A stretch of DNA of 64,000 nt from Clostridia bacterium (GTDB taxonomy: Bacteria > Bacillota > Clostridia > Oscillospirales > RGIG577), in the NCBI GenBank assembly GCA_017405765.1, contig JAFQZS010000007.1, forward strand, positions 9,424 through 73,423. The letters run 5' to 3'. How positions within the stretch are numbered: position 1 is the first letter of the stretch; the number at the start of each line of letters is the position of its first letter. Shown piece after piece: positions 18,439-27,578 of this stretch. A program made the translations under genes and the position numbers. Under the pieces are notes generated by a model. The model ran no database searches. It saw nothing but the letters and a program-made list of their open reading frames with translations, and was not told the DNA's origin.

Positions 18439-18466
18439 ATTTTATCACGTTTTTATCAAAAGTCAA
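18439..18466 (-). promoter_or_regulatory. putative sigma-70-type promoter of the thi operon
   Basis: Minus strand: TTGACT (18466-18461), 16-nt spacer, TAAAAT (18444-18439). Confidence 0.45.
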
Positions 18467-18535
18467 TAGATTATATATTCCTATATCGTCATTTTGTGGT
18501 ACAATATATGCAAATAATAAATTACGGAGGCAAAA

Positions 18536-18760
18536 ATGTTTAAGACCACTTTAAAAATTGAAGGTATGATGTGTGAAAAGTGCGAGGCGCACGTAAACCG
18601 CGCGGTGAATAAAAACTTTTCCGTAAAAGAAGTCGTTTCATCCCATAAGAACGGCGCTACGGAAATAATCTCCGAAGAAAAACTCGACGAGGCGAAGCTT
18701 GCGGCCGTCATAGCAGACGAAGGCTACGAAATGAAGGGCGCATCCGTCGAGTCGTTATAA
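18536..18760 (+). CDS. heavy-metal-associated (HMA) domain protein, CopZ-like
   Basis: 74-aa ORF with the metal-binding motif GMMCEKC near the N-terminus. RBS GGAGG lies 7 nt upstream, and an extended -10 (TGGTACAAT) lies at 18497-18505. Confidence 0.8.
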   Translation: MFKTTLKIEGMMCEKCEAHVNRAVNKNFSVKEVVSSHKNGATEIISEEKLDEAKLAAVIADEGYEMKGASVESL

Positions 18761-18811
18761 AAAGCGGACGTCATATCCCATACACACTTAAAAGAAAGAA
18801 GGTATCACGTT

Positions 18812-21800
18812 TTGAAAAAGCTTATTCCATTTGTTCTCTTTCTTCTTATCGTTCTGTCGCTTAATGTGCAGTCGCTTGCTGAGGGCGTAAACAGCGGCGA
18901 TTTCGGCTCCGTTCACTGGTCGATGACCGAGACGACGCTTACCATAACCGGCACGGGCGATATCGTAAAGCCCGAGGACGGCTGGCCGTGGTACGAAAGC
19001 GACTACAATTTCAGAGACGTTAAGAACGTCGTCGTAGGCGAGGGCATAACCTCGCTTCCCGACGAGATCTTTTACCACTTTGAATCGATGACGTCCGTTT
19101 CCCTGCCGTCGACGCTCAAAAGCATAGGGCAGGAAGCGTTCAGGGGCAGCGGCCTTACAAAAATTGTAATCCCCGAGGGCGTCACCGATATAAGCGGCCT
19201 CGCCTTTTACCTCTGCGAGGATCTTACGGATGTGAGCGTGCCGTCTACGCTTGTTAATGTCGGCGGCCGCATATTTGCAAACTGCGGTCTTACGAATATT
19301 ACGATCGCCGATGGCACGACAACGCTTGGTGAGATGCCCTTCTACGGGTGCAACAAGCTTACCCGTATCCGTCTGCCCGGAAGTCTTAAATCTATAGACC
19401 GCGACTTTTTCAATGACTGCAAAAACATAGAGAGCGTGACCTTCGGCGAAGGGTTCGTAAGCATCGGAGACGATACGTTCAGATGGCAGCATGCGCTTTC
19501 GGAGGTATCTCTTCCCTCGACTCTTAAAACCATAGGAAGCGGCGCTTTTTCGTATACAGCCATAACGGAAATAAAACTCCCCAACGGCATTTCCGAGATC
19601 GGAAGCGGCGCTTTTTCCGAATGCAAAAGCCTTGTTTCGGCCTCTATTCCCGCCTCCGTTACGCAGGAGGGCCTCGGCGAAAACATTTTCCGAGACTGCA
19701 CAAGCCTTAAGTCCATAAATGTAGAAGCAAACATAACTTATCTTAAAGGCGCAATAAACGGCTGCACCGCGCTTGAAACCGTTTCTCTTCCGAATACGCT
19801 CACCTCTCTTTCGGCTTCCGATTTTGAAAAGATGACGAACCTTCGCCGCGTGGACGTAGCCGAGGGCGGCGAGAATTATTTTTCCGATGACGGCGTAGTA
19901 TATGAAAAGCGCGACTCCGGCCAAAGTATCGTATGCTATCCCGCCATGCGCGAGGGCGATACGTACGAGCTTTTGGAGGGCACTACGAGCTTTGGCTGCT
20001 CGTTTAAAGATCACCCCTATCTTAAAAAGCTTATACTCCCCAAGTCCATGACGAAGCTTAATGACTACGGCACATACCCGACGGGCTTTTCGGCAAATAC
20101 GATAACAGAGCTCGTGCTGCCCGACACGATGACGTACATTTACTCGCTTAAAGGCTTCAGCGCGTTGGAATCTCTCGATGTTCCAAGCAGCATAACCTCT
20201 TTCACCACTTCTGCTCTCAAGGACTGCGAGTCGCTTAAAAGCATCACGTTTTCAGATAAGCTCACTACGATATCGGCTTCCGACGGCGTAGAGCTTCCTG
20301 CGCTCAAAACGGTCACGTTTGCATCGCGTCCGCCGCAGATAAGCGACCCGTCCGCCCTTTTCCCCGGCGGAAAATCCGTTACCGTCCGCTATCCCTCTTA
20401 TCTTGAGATACTTTGGACGGGCACCGCATGGGACGACGCATATACGCTTGAGCCCTACATTGTCACCGGCATAATAGACGAGGGCGACTGGGGCGGCGAC
20501 GAGACCTCCGGTACGGTGAGCGGCAAACTCCACTGGACGGTGGACGCCTCCGGCGTGCTTACGATATCGGGCACGGGCACGATGAAGGACGGCGCCCGTT
20601 ACAGCAATATCGTTCCGTGGTATAAATGGCACGACATTATCACAAATGTCGTCGTAAAAGACGGCGTGATCTCGATAGGACAATACGCCTTTTACGGACT
20701 TAACGAAGCCCGTAAAATCGAGCTTCCCGAGGGACTGACTCTTATAAACAGCTTTGCATTCGAGGGCTGCACGTCGCTTGAAAGTATTAACCTACCCGCG
20801 TCGCTTACGTCTGTACGAAGTTACGCCGAGGAAAGCCCCGCCGCCGTATACTCGGTCGACGAGATGACTTACGCCCATATGTACGCGCTTGAAATGGGCT
20901 TAAACTTCGAATTAACGGGTCGGCGCGCCGAAGTGACCGTCATCCGCATCGAGCCTGCGGGCGGCGAACGAAGCGAGTCGCAAGTCGAGGCCGAGATAAG
21001 AGCAGCCATAGCTCCCAACCGCCGCGTGATCCTTGCGGACGGCATATATATGCTTCAAAGCACGCTTTATATGAGAGGCGTGTACGACTTCTCCCTTGAG
21101 GCGGAGAATCCCGGTATGGCCGAGCTTGTGCTGAGAGCAAACAACGCTCCCGTTATCTCGGCAAGCAACTCTCTCGACTACCCGAATTCGCTTCCCTGCC
21201 GCTTCATAAACGTCGACGGCCTTATAATGGGCCACGTTGCCGCAAGGAGCACCGCGGGGTGCGACGGCGAGGCCTACGTTTTCGAAGCGTTTGGCGTTCA
21301 CGATCTCACGGTCACCCGCTGCGATCTGTGGGGCTGCGGCGTCATAGGCTTTGCATTCAGCTCCTGCGACGGCGTGAAGGTAAGCGATACCGTCGTGCGC
21401 GACTGTATGAAAAACGCAGTCTTATCAACGAGCACCGAGGCGACCTTCACACGCTGCGTTTTCAGCGGCAACTCGTATTACAGCTACAACGGCAGTGAGG
21501 CGGGGCAGGCAAGCGATCAGACCTGCTTCAGGCTTTACAATTACCTTACTACTCACAAGCCGTCGTTCGTAGTGGAGGATTCGCAGATTTTCAATAATTA
21601 CTCGTATGCCCTTATAAACGAAAGCGGCCCGTATACCGAAGGTGAGATATTCAAAAACTGCTCCTTCTTTGATAACGTATGGCAGGAAAAAACGCCCCAA
21701 AATTACGGCGTATGCTTGGGCGGTCTCACGTGGCAGGTGATACAGGGAAGTTACGGCGCTCAGACGCTCGTCATCGGTCAGCCCATTGATCTTACCGTAG

Positions 21801-22183
21801 CCGCGATCCCCGGCGGCAGCGGCACTCTCCCCAATTACAGCACATGGAGCACGCCGTGGAAAAAGCTTCTTTCCCGCATAAGCGCCGTTAATTTGCCGAG
21901 CAACGCCTCGGTGACGCTTTCGCGTATTCCGGCGTCGGTCACCGTGACATATTCAGACGTTTCGGCGGGCACGTATAAAGCGGCCATCGCCGTTTACGAC
22001 CAAGAGGGACGCATGACGGGCTTCTCGATACAGGCTGTGACTATCGGTGAAGACCGAACCGTTTCGTTCGATACTCACGCGTCCGGAAAAAAGGGCACGT
22101 GCGCCGTATTCTTACTTGACAACAGCGACTACGCGCCCGAAACCGAAGCTATGCACATCGACGCCACCGGCAGCGCATCATAA
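18812..22183 (+). CDS. secreted cell-surface protein: BspA-type leucine-rich repeats, parallel beta-helix-like region, shared C-terminal module
   Basis: 1123-aa ORF with a TTG start and the signal peptide MKKLIPFVLFLLIVLSLNVQSLAEG. It has many ~23-aa repeats of the form L.SI.IP..V..IG..AF..C..L. A central region carries beta-helix-like repeats (VTRCDLWGCGVIGFAFSSCDGVKVSDTVVRDC...). The last ~82 aa resemble the C-termini of three other proteins in this window. Confidence 0.85.
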   Translation: MKKLIPFVLFLLIVLSLNVQSLAEGVNSGDFGSVHWSMTETTLTITGTGDIVKPEDGWPWYESDYNFRDVKNVVVGEGITSLPDEIFYHFESMTSVSLPSTLKSIGQEAFRGSGLTKIVIPEGVTDISGLAFYLCEDLTDVSVPSTLVNVGGRIFANCGLTNITIADGTTTLGEMPFYGCNKLTRIRLPGSLKSIDRDFFNDCKNIESVTFGEGFVSIGDDTFRWQHALSEVSLPSTLKTIGSGAFSYTAITEIKLPNGISEIGSGAFSECKSLVSASIPASVTQEGLGENIFRDCTSLKSINVEANITYLKGAINGCTALETVSLPNTLTSLSASDFEKMTNLRRVDVAEGGENYFSDDGVVYEKRDSGQSIVCYPAMREGDTYELLEGTTSFGCSFKDHPYLKKLILPKSMTKLNDYGTYPTGFSANTITELVLPDTMTYIYSLKGFSALESLDVPSSITSFTTSALKDCESLKSITFSDKLTTISASDGVELPALKTVTFASRPPQISDPSALFPGGKSVTVRYPSYLEILWTGTAWDDAYTLEPYIVTGIIDEGDWGGDETSGTVSGKLHWTVDASGVLTISGTGTMKDGARYSNIVPWYKWHDIITNVVVKDGVISIGQYAFYGLNEARKIELPEGLTLINSFAFEGCTSLESINLPASLTSVRSYAEESPAAVYSVDEMTYAHMYALEMGLNFELTGRRAEVTVIRIEPAGGERSESQVEAEIRAAIAPNRRVILADGIYMLQSTLYMRGVYDFSLEAENPGMAELVLRANNAPVISASNSLDYPNSLPCRFINVDGLIMGHVAARSTAGCDGEAYVFEAFGVHDLTVTRCDLWGCGVIGFAFSSCDGVKVSDTVVRDCMKNAVLSTSTEATFTRCVFSGNSYYSYNGSEAGQASDQTCFRLYNYLTTHKPSFVVEDSQIFNNYSYALINESGPYTEGEIFKNCSFFDNVWQEKTPQNYGVCLGGLTWQVIQGSYGAQTLVIGQPIDLTVAAIPGGSGTLPNYSTWSTPWKKLLSRISAVNLPSNASVTLSRIPASVTVTYSDVSAGTYKAAIAVYDQEGRMTGFSIQAVTIGEDRTVSFDTHASGKKGTCAVFLLDNSDYAPETEAMHIDATGSAS

Positions 22184-22210
22184 AGACAACGCATAAAATT
22201 TGATCCGAAG

Positions 22211-22236
22211 CCGCGTCCGAAAGGACGCGGTTTTTT
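22211..22236 (+). terminator. intrinsic terminator after the 1123-aa gene
   Basis: ccgcgtcc-gaaa-ggacgcgg followed by TTTTTT. Confidence 0.85.
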
Positions 22237-22287
22237 ATATGAAAATGAACATAACGCGGCAGTTTTGCCGCGTTATGTGATCCATAT

Positions 22288-23112
22288 TTATAAAAACAGC
22301 TCCGGCTCCTTTCTTTCGGCAAAGCTTTTCTCTATCATCCTTATATGTGAAAGAAAGTCGCCGTCGTCGAAATACAGCGCGCCTTCGGGGCATTTTTTCA
22401 CACAGGCCATGCATTTTATGCACGCGCCGACGACCTTCGGATGATCGTCCAGTGTCACTACTCCCATCGGACAGACGCTTTCGCACAAGCCGCAGCGCGT
22501 GCATTTTTCGGCGCGCACCTTTGGCGCGGCCTTTAAGAACTTCGCGGGCGCGCCGTCCTCTCGCAAAGGCGTGTAATACTTTTCCAGGCGTTCGCATCCC
22601 GGTACTGCTGCGGGCGCGATATCGTCCCCGCTTTTAAGTTTCTGCGCGATCTTACGGGCAAAAAGCGTAAGCCTACTCATGTCCGCCTCGTCGGGACGGC
22701 CCAAGGCCAGCGTATCCGAGAAGGCGTGGCGCGCCACGGCCGCGATCCCGGCCAAGGGCAGGCATCCGCCGTCTTTTATTATACCGCACATCTCACAAAG
22801 CGCATCGCCGAAGCTCCTGTTTCCGTACACCGCCACGGCTATAATATGCGCTCCGTCGCCTTTTATGGCTCCTTTAACGTATTCAAGCGTCTTATTCGGT
22901 ATTCTACCCGCATAAACGGGCGTCGCCCATACTACGAGCTCGTCTCGGCCAAATGAAAAGCCCTGCCTTCGTTCGTCCGGCAGCGTATAAGACGCCGTTT
23001 CATAGGGGACTTCCAATTCTGCGGACAAACGCTCGGCCAAAAGCTTTGCCGTCATCTCAGTCGCTCCCGTCGGGCTGAAATATACGGCCTTTATGATCTT
23101 AAAACGCCTCAT
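22288..23112 (-). CDS. flavodoxin-like domain protein fused to a 2x[4Fe-4S] ferredoxin domain
   Basis: ORF 22288-23130. The N-terminus KIIKAVYFSPTGATE is flavodoxin-like. The C-terminus has two CxxCxxCxxxCP motifs (CTRCGLCESVCP, CIKCMACVKKCP). Start at ATG 23112 after GAGGAAAAA. Confidence 0.8.
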   Translation of the reverse strand: MRRFKIIKAVYFSPTGATEMTAKLLAERLSAELEVPYETASYTLPDERRQGFSFGRDELVVWATPVYAGRIPNKTLEYVKGAIKGDGAHIIAVAVYGNRSFGDALCEMCGIIKDGGCLPLAGIAAVARHAFSDTLALGRPDEADMSRLTLFARKIAQKLKSGDDIAPAAVPGCERLEKYYTPLREDGAPAKFLKAAPKVRAEKCTRCGLCESVCPMGVVTLDDHPKVVGACIKCMACVKKCPEGALYFDDGDFLSHIRMIEKSFAERKEPELFL

Positions 23113-23126
23113 TTTTTCCTCGCTTG

Positions 23127-24242
23127 TCAATCGCTTACGTCCGTGTCGAGAACTATAGTTACCTTATGATCGGGATAAGCCCGTTTGACTTCATCGTATA
23201 TTTTTCGATAAAGCGCTTCGCGCTCCTTTACGGCAAAGTCTATCACCACATCGAACGTGATCGTTTTCTCGGCCTCATTCAAATAAAAGCCGTGCATTTG
23301 AAGTACGCCGTCGTGGGACATAACTGTTTTTCTTATCTCGTTTCTCATATTCACCGCACCCGTGTCGAGCGTATTCATCGAATATACGCCCACGGCCGCC
23401 ATTATAACGCGGTGCTTATCGTATACCTCGCGCGTTATCCTGCGTGTAAGCTCGTCTATGCGGGCGGCCGTCATCGTGTCGTCCACCTCGATATGGACGG
23501 AGCAGATATGCGTTTCGGGGCCGTAGTCGTTCAGTACAAGGTCATACGCCCCGTGTACCTCGTCGAAAGATGCGACTGTCTTTTTTATCGCAAGCGAAAG
23601 CTCGCTCTGCGCGCGTTCTCCCAATATCTGACTTATGGTGCTTCTAAGCATGTCTATGCCCGACTTTATAATAAACGCCGATATGACAGCGCCCAAATAC
23701 GCCTCTATAGACAGCCCCGTGAATATGAAAATTGCGGCGGCTGCAAGCGTGGAGGCCGATATTACGGAATCGAGCAGCGCATCCGCCCCGGAGTTTACGA
23801 GCGACTCCGAATTTACACGTTTGCCCGTGCGCTTCACGTGCATCCCAAGCGCCACCTTTGCGCCTACGGCCACGGCGACGATTATAAGCGAAACCGCGCC
23901 GTAATCGGGCGGCTCGGGCGATATTATTTTCTTTATCGACTCCACAAGAGACGTTATACCTGCGTAAAGCACGATGACCGATATTATCATCGCGCTTAAA
24001 TATTCGATGCGGCCGTAGCCAAAGGGGTGCTTTTTGTCGGGCGCTCTGCCCGAAAGCTTCGTACCCACGATGGTGATCACGGACGAGAGCGCGTCGCTTA
24101 AATTGTTCACGGCGTCCAGCGTGATGGCAATGGAGTTGGACATAATGCCCGCCAAAGCCTTGAATGCCGCAAGCAGCACGTTTACGACTATTCCCGTGAC
24201 GCTCGTTTTTATGATGGTCCTTTCCCTCAGATCCCGTTCCAT
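23127..24242 (-). CDS. cation diffusion facilitator (CDF) family metal efflux transporter
   Basis: 371-aa ORF. The TM region carries ITLDAVNNLSDALSSVI ... HPFGYGRIEYL, typical of CDF proteins, and is followed by a cytoplasmic C-terminal domain. Confidence 0.88.
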   Translation of the reverse strand: MERDLRERTIIKTSVTGIVVNVLLAAFKALAGIMSNSIAITLDAVNNLSDALSSVITIVGTKLSGRAPDKKHPFGYGRIEYLSAMIISVIVLYAGITSLVESIKKIISPEPPDYGAVSLIIVAVAVGAKVALGMHVKRTGKRVNSESLVNSGADALLDSVISASTLAAAAIFIFTGLSIEAYLGAVISAFIIKSGIDMLRSTISQILGERAQSELSLAIKKTVASFDEVHGAYDLVLNDYGPETHICSVHIEVDDTMTAARIDELTRRITREVYDKHRVIMAAVGVYSMNTLDTGAVNMRNEIRKTVMSHDGVLQMHGFYLNEAEKTITFDVVIDFAVKEREALYRKIYDEVKRAYPDHKVTIVLDTDVSD

Positions 24243-24263
24243 TTCAGTTCCCTTATCGAACGC

Positions 24264-24671
24264 CTATCCTATTATCTTCTTTGCAAATTCCGCCGCCGCC
24301 TTTAGATCGTCGGCGTTCGGCCTGCCCTTATGCATCGCTCCGAACGCGCCGCGGCAGTAGAACTCCTCCGCCGCCTGCGGTATATTCTTCTCCGAAAGAA
24401 GCTTCCCCACCTGCTTATACGTGGATCTCACGATGGCCGCAGTGCTGAAATTCACCGCCTTGCCCACTTTTACGTCTATGCCGCGCACGAAGCGCTTTAC
24501 GGCCTCGTCCACGCCGTGAGCATAAACTGCGCTTCCTATGAACAAAATGTCAACGTCCTCCGTAAGAGGCTCATCCATGCCGAGCGCCTCAACGCCCACG
24601 GCTTCGGCTATGGCAAGCGCAAGCTTCTTCGTATTTCCTCCGCGCGAATAATAGCGGACCGCAACCTTCAT
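24264..24671 (-). CDS. flavodoxin family protein
   Basis: ORF 24264-24689. MKVAVRYYSRGGNTKKLA is the flavodoxin FMN-phosphate loop. Start at ATG 24671. Confidence 0.75.
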   Translation of the reverse strand: MKVAVRYYSRGGNTKKLALAIAEAVGVEALGMDEPLTEDVDILFIGSAVYAHGVDEAVKRFVRGIDVKVGKAVNFSTAAIVRSTYKQVGKLLSEKNIPQAAEEFYCRGAFGAMHKGRPNADDLKAAAEFAKKIIG

Positions 24672-24743
24672 TTTAAAACCGCCTTTCATTTTTTTATTTT
24701 AATTTTACTATACTTTACATATTCCGTCAAACCGTGCGTCGCG

Positions 24744-24776
24744 CAAAAAAACGGAAGCAGCCTGTCTGCCTCCGTT
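24744..24776 (-). terminator. intrinsic terminator after cysK
   Basis: Minus strand: aacggaggcag-acagg-ctgcttccgtt (one mismatch) followed by T7, immediately after the cysK stop (24783). Confidence 0.8.
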
Positions 24777-24782
24777 TTTAGT

Positions 24783-25712
24783 TTATTCTCCGAAAAGCGG
24801 CGTCGAATAATATCTTTCCGCCGTGTCGGGCAGTATCGTCACTACGCGCTTTCCGGGGCCGAGCTTCTTTGCAAGCTTCAGCGCGGCGGCGACGTTCGTG
24901 CCGCTCGAAATGCCCACCATAAGGCCCTCCTCGCGCGCAAGGCGCTTGGCCGTATTTATCGCCTCGTCGTCGTTCACGACGTAGATGTCGTCGTAGATAT
25001 TGCGGTTTAAAATATCGGGGATTATGCCGTCGCCTATGCCCATCTGCATATGCGTGCCTATCGTGCCGCCCGCAAGTATCGCGGCGTTCTCCGGCTCTAC
25101 CGCCCATATAACAAGCTCGGGATACTGCGCCTTCAATACCTCGCCAATGCCCGTAAGCGTGCCGCCCGTGCCTATGCCGGAGCAAAAGCCGTGTATCGGG
25201 CCTGCCGCCTGCGCCATTATCTCAAGCGCCGTATGCTTTTTATGCGCCATGACATTGTTTATATTGGAAAACTGCTGAGGCACGAAAACTCTCGGATCCT
25301 TTTTCTGCATACGAAGCGCGGTATTTAAGCATTCCTCTATGCATGCGCCTATGTCGCCCGCGTCGTGGATAAGCTTTACGTCCGCTCCGTAGTGACGAAC
25401 AAGCTTTCTTCTCTCCTCGCTTACGGAGTCCGGCATTATTATTATCGTGCGGTATCCCTTCACCGCGCCCACAAGCGCAAGGCCTATGCCCTGGTTGCCG
25501 CTCGTCGGCTCGACGATTATCGTATCTTTATTTATAAGGCCGTCTTTTTCGGCCGCTTCTATCATGTTGAGCGCCGTTCTCGTTTTTATGGAGCCGCCCG
25601 CATTCAAGGCCTCCATCTTTACGAGCACTTCCGCGCTGTCCGGCTCGGGCATGCGGTTTAAGCGTATAAGCGGCGTATTGCCCACCGCGTCAAGAATGTT
25701 GTTGTATATCAT
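24783..25712 (-). CDS. cysK: cysteine synthase A (O-acetylserine sulfhydrylase)
   Basis: ORF 24783-25751. GNTPLIRLN ... NAGGSIKTRTA ... TSGNQGIGLA ... GIGTGGT are PLP-dependent CysK/CysM motifs. Start at ATG 25712 (MIYNNILDAVG). Confidence 0.92.
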   Translation of the reverse strand: MIYNNILDAVGNTPLIRLNRMPEPDSAEVLVKMEALNAGGSIKTRTALNMIEAAEKDGLINKDTIIVEPTSGNQGIGLALVGAVKGYRTIIIMPDSVSEERRKLVRHYGADVKLIHDAGDIGACIEECLNTALRMQKKDPRVFVPQQFSNINNVMAHKKHTALEIMAQAAGPIHGFCSGIGTGGTLTGIGEVLKAQYPELVIWAVEPENAAILAGGTIGTHMQMGIGDGIIPDILNRNIYDDIYVVNDDEAINTAKRLAREEGLMVGISSGTNVAAALKLAKKLGPGKRVVTILPDTAERYYSTPLFGE

Positions 25713-25876
25713 CGTCTTACTCCGTATGTTCACGCGGACGCCGAGCGTCATACGCGGCGTCCGCAGATTTTTTGCTGTAATATTATAACGATATCACCGA
25801 AGCGGGGTATTGTCAATGAAAATATGGGGGGTGAGGGGTGCGACTGATTATTTGGGTCAGATTGACTTTATTGGAA

Positions 25877-26617
25877 TTAACCAAGTCCCAAATGTGTTAC
25901 AACCGCTGCGCTAATTATAGCTCCAACTACTGCGGTAAAAATCGGGAATAAAATTTTCCACACAATTTTGCTTGTCAATTTTTCTTTTTGAGCAGCTGCT
26001 CTAGAGATATTTATGTTAAACACTATTCGATTGAGTTCTTCATTATTTGCTTCAATTTGTTCTGGCCTTTTACCTGAAATATCAATACCAAGTTTATCCA
26101 GATTTCCGTATTTGCTTTCAAGCTCTAACAAGGCCTGAATCATTAAGTGCTTCACATTAGCGCAGACATTCTGAAATACGGATTGGGAAATGATTTGCTT
26201 AATTGAAATACATTGCACTTCATTATTTGTGATTTCTGCAACATCACTAGCTAAATAACTTACATCCCTAATTGATGGACTGTTCGCAGATGCCAATTCG
26301 GATATATACCGAATTCCATCGTGTAAATCTATTCTTTTAAGTTTCTCGCGATGATTTTCTCGAACATAATACAGTGGCAATGGTTGATTCGTAACTTGCA
26401 AGCTTCCGTTTATTCCTGAATATTTAAGCTCTAATCCAGTTTTTCTGCGGTATTCTGGCAAGTCATCTGCGGTACTATATCCATTTAATTCTTTCTTAAC
26501 CCATCTTGCCAGCGTTTCATTTTTAACATCAACAGCAAGTATATATAATCTATTCAAGGATTGTTCAAGAGCAACTCTTTCCTCAACAATATCTTTAATG
26601 ATCTGGCTCTTGGGCAT
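25877..26617 (-). CDS. AbiTii-like domain protein with C-terminal transmembrane helix
   Basis: ORF 25877-26623, with the ATG at 26617 after GAGGTGA. The N-terminal pattern ...LARWVKKELNGYSTADDLPEYRRK... matches my recollection of the AbiTii (abortive infection) domain. The C-terminus WKILFPIFTAVVGAIISAAVVTHLGLG is a hydrophobic helix. The gene is low in GC. Confidence 0.55.
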   Translation of the reverse strand: MPKSQIIKDIVEERVALEQSLNRLYILAVDVKNETLARWVKKELNGYSTADDLPEYRRKTGLELKYSGINGSLQVTNQPLPLYYVRENHREKLKRIDLHDGIRYISELASANSPSIRDVSYLASDVAEITNNEVQCISIKQIISQSVFQNVCANVKHLMIQALLELESKYGNLDKLGIDISGKRPEQIEANNEELNRIVFNINISRAAAQKEKLTSKIVWKILFPIFTAVVGAIISAAVVTHLGLG

Positions 26618-26780
26618 ATACACTCACCTCATTTCAACTTCTCACACAGATGCAAGAGTTCTCTCAATCTGCGACAATGCGCTTCTCATCGGATATATTT
26701 GTCGCTTTTCGTTGTTATAATTTGTTATAGTTTTTGTAAATATATTTGCAAAACGTCTAGGATATTTATCTTAAACTGCA

Positions 26781-27365
26781 TTACTCCCAAAAATCAAGCA
26801 CAGATATCTCTTTATTGTTGTTTTTTTCCATTGAATCGTTTTCGGAAATTATATGAATGCGTATACTTCCATGATCAACTATAACCCAGTATGTTCGAAA
26901 CAGAATAACAAAGCAATTCAAATTACCCTTAAACGCAATCAATTCGTCTGTATCAATATCTAATAACACATCTCCTTTTCTTGACCTGGAAATAACATAA
27001 GTATACCTTTGCCCCATAGGGAACCGCACATCAAACATACTTGATTCGGTTTGTTGAAACCCAAAAAACTTATGCACACATGCAGCCGAATCCAATAACG
27101 CAAACAAATTATCCTTTGCTTCTTTACCCTCACATTCAAATTCATAGAATAGTTCTAAATAAGAAGTTATATCCACTTTTTCAAGTCTTTTTAGATAACC
27201 AATAATGGTTTTATTTACTGCATTTACTTCCTTTCCGCCAAATAACTCAAACGTATTATTAGGGTCATATAAACCTAAACGCTCCAATTCTTTTAACACA
27301 GCATTAAGTTTGTTTATTGTTAAAAATGCTGGGTATTTTCCCTTAGTAAAATATATAAAGCCCAT
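26781..27365 (-). CDS. hypothetical protein (no recognisable family)
   Basis: ORF 26781-27371 with RBS AAAGGAG upstream. It is low in GC like its neighbours. I recognise no motifs. Confidence 0.6.
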   Translation of the reverse strand: MGFIYFTKGKYPAFLTINKLNAVLKELERLGLYDPNNTFELFGGKEVNAVNKTIIGYLKRLEKVDITSYLELFYEFECEGKEAKDNLFALLDSAACVHKFFGFQQTESSMFDVRFPMGQRYTYVISRSRKGDVLLDIDTDELIAFKGNLNCFVILFRTYWVIVDHGSIRIHIISENDSMEKNNNKEISVLDFWE

Positions 27366-27578
27366 TATCATATCTCCTTTGTCTATGCACGGTCGTCCCT
27401 TTGCGGCATCTGCTATTTTTACATATTATGTCAACAATTTAACGATATTACCATTGGAGCGCAATGTCAATGCGCAGTATGGGGGCTTCGTTTTCGGGAA
27501 TCGAACGTTCTATCAGTTGCTTTCGTACTCCCGGTTATTATATAATCTCGCGTTACTTAATCATATCAGCTACGCACT

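Noticed and set aside
18788-20014. 408-aa ORF on the minus strand opposite the 1123-aa LRR gene
   Set aside because: It is fully antisense to a gene with clear signal-peptide and repeat structure. Its translation is R/K/A/G-rich low complexity with no RBS or motif, so it is a shadow ORF.
25733-25764. Strong hairpin gcggacgccg-agcgtcatacg-cggcgtccgc between the cysK promoter candidate and its RBS, considered as a T-box/S-box or attenuator
   Set aside because: The leader is far too short for a T-box or SAM riboswitch, and on the cysK (minus) strand no U-run follows the stem. The T-run is on the plus strand, where there is no upstream gene. I left it unassigned.
27497-27508. ggaatcgaacg, which resembles the reverse complement of a tRNA T-arm and raised the possibility of a tRNA or att-site remnant inside the island
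   Set aside because: The flanking bases cannot form a T-stem, acceptor stem or anticodon arm on either strand, so it is probably chance.
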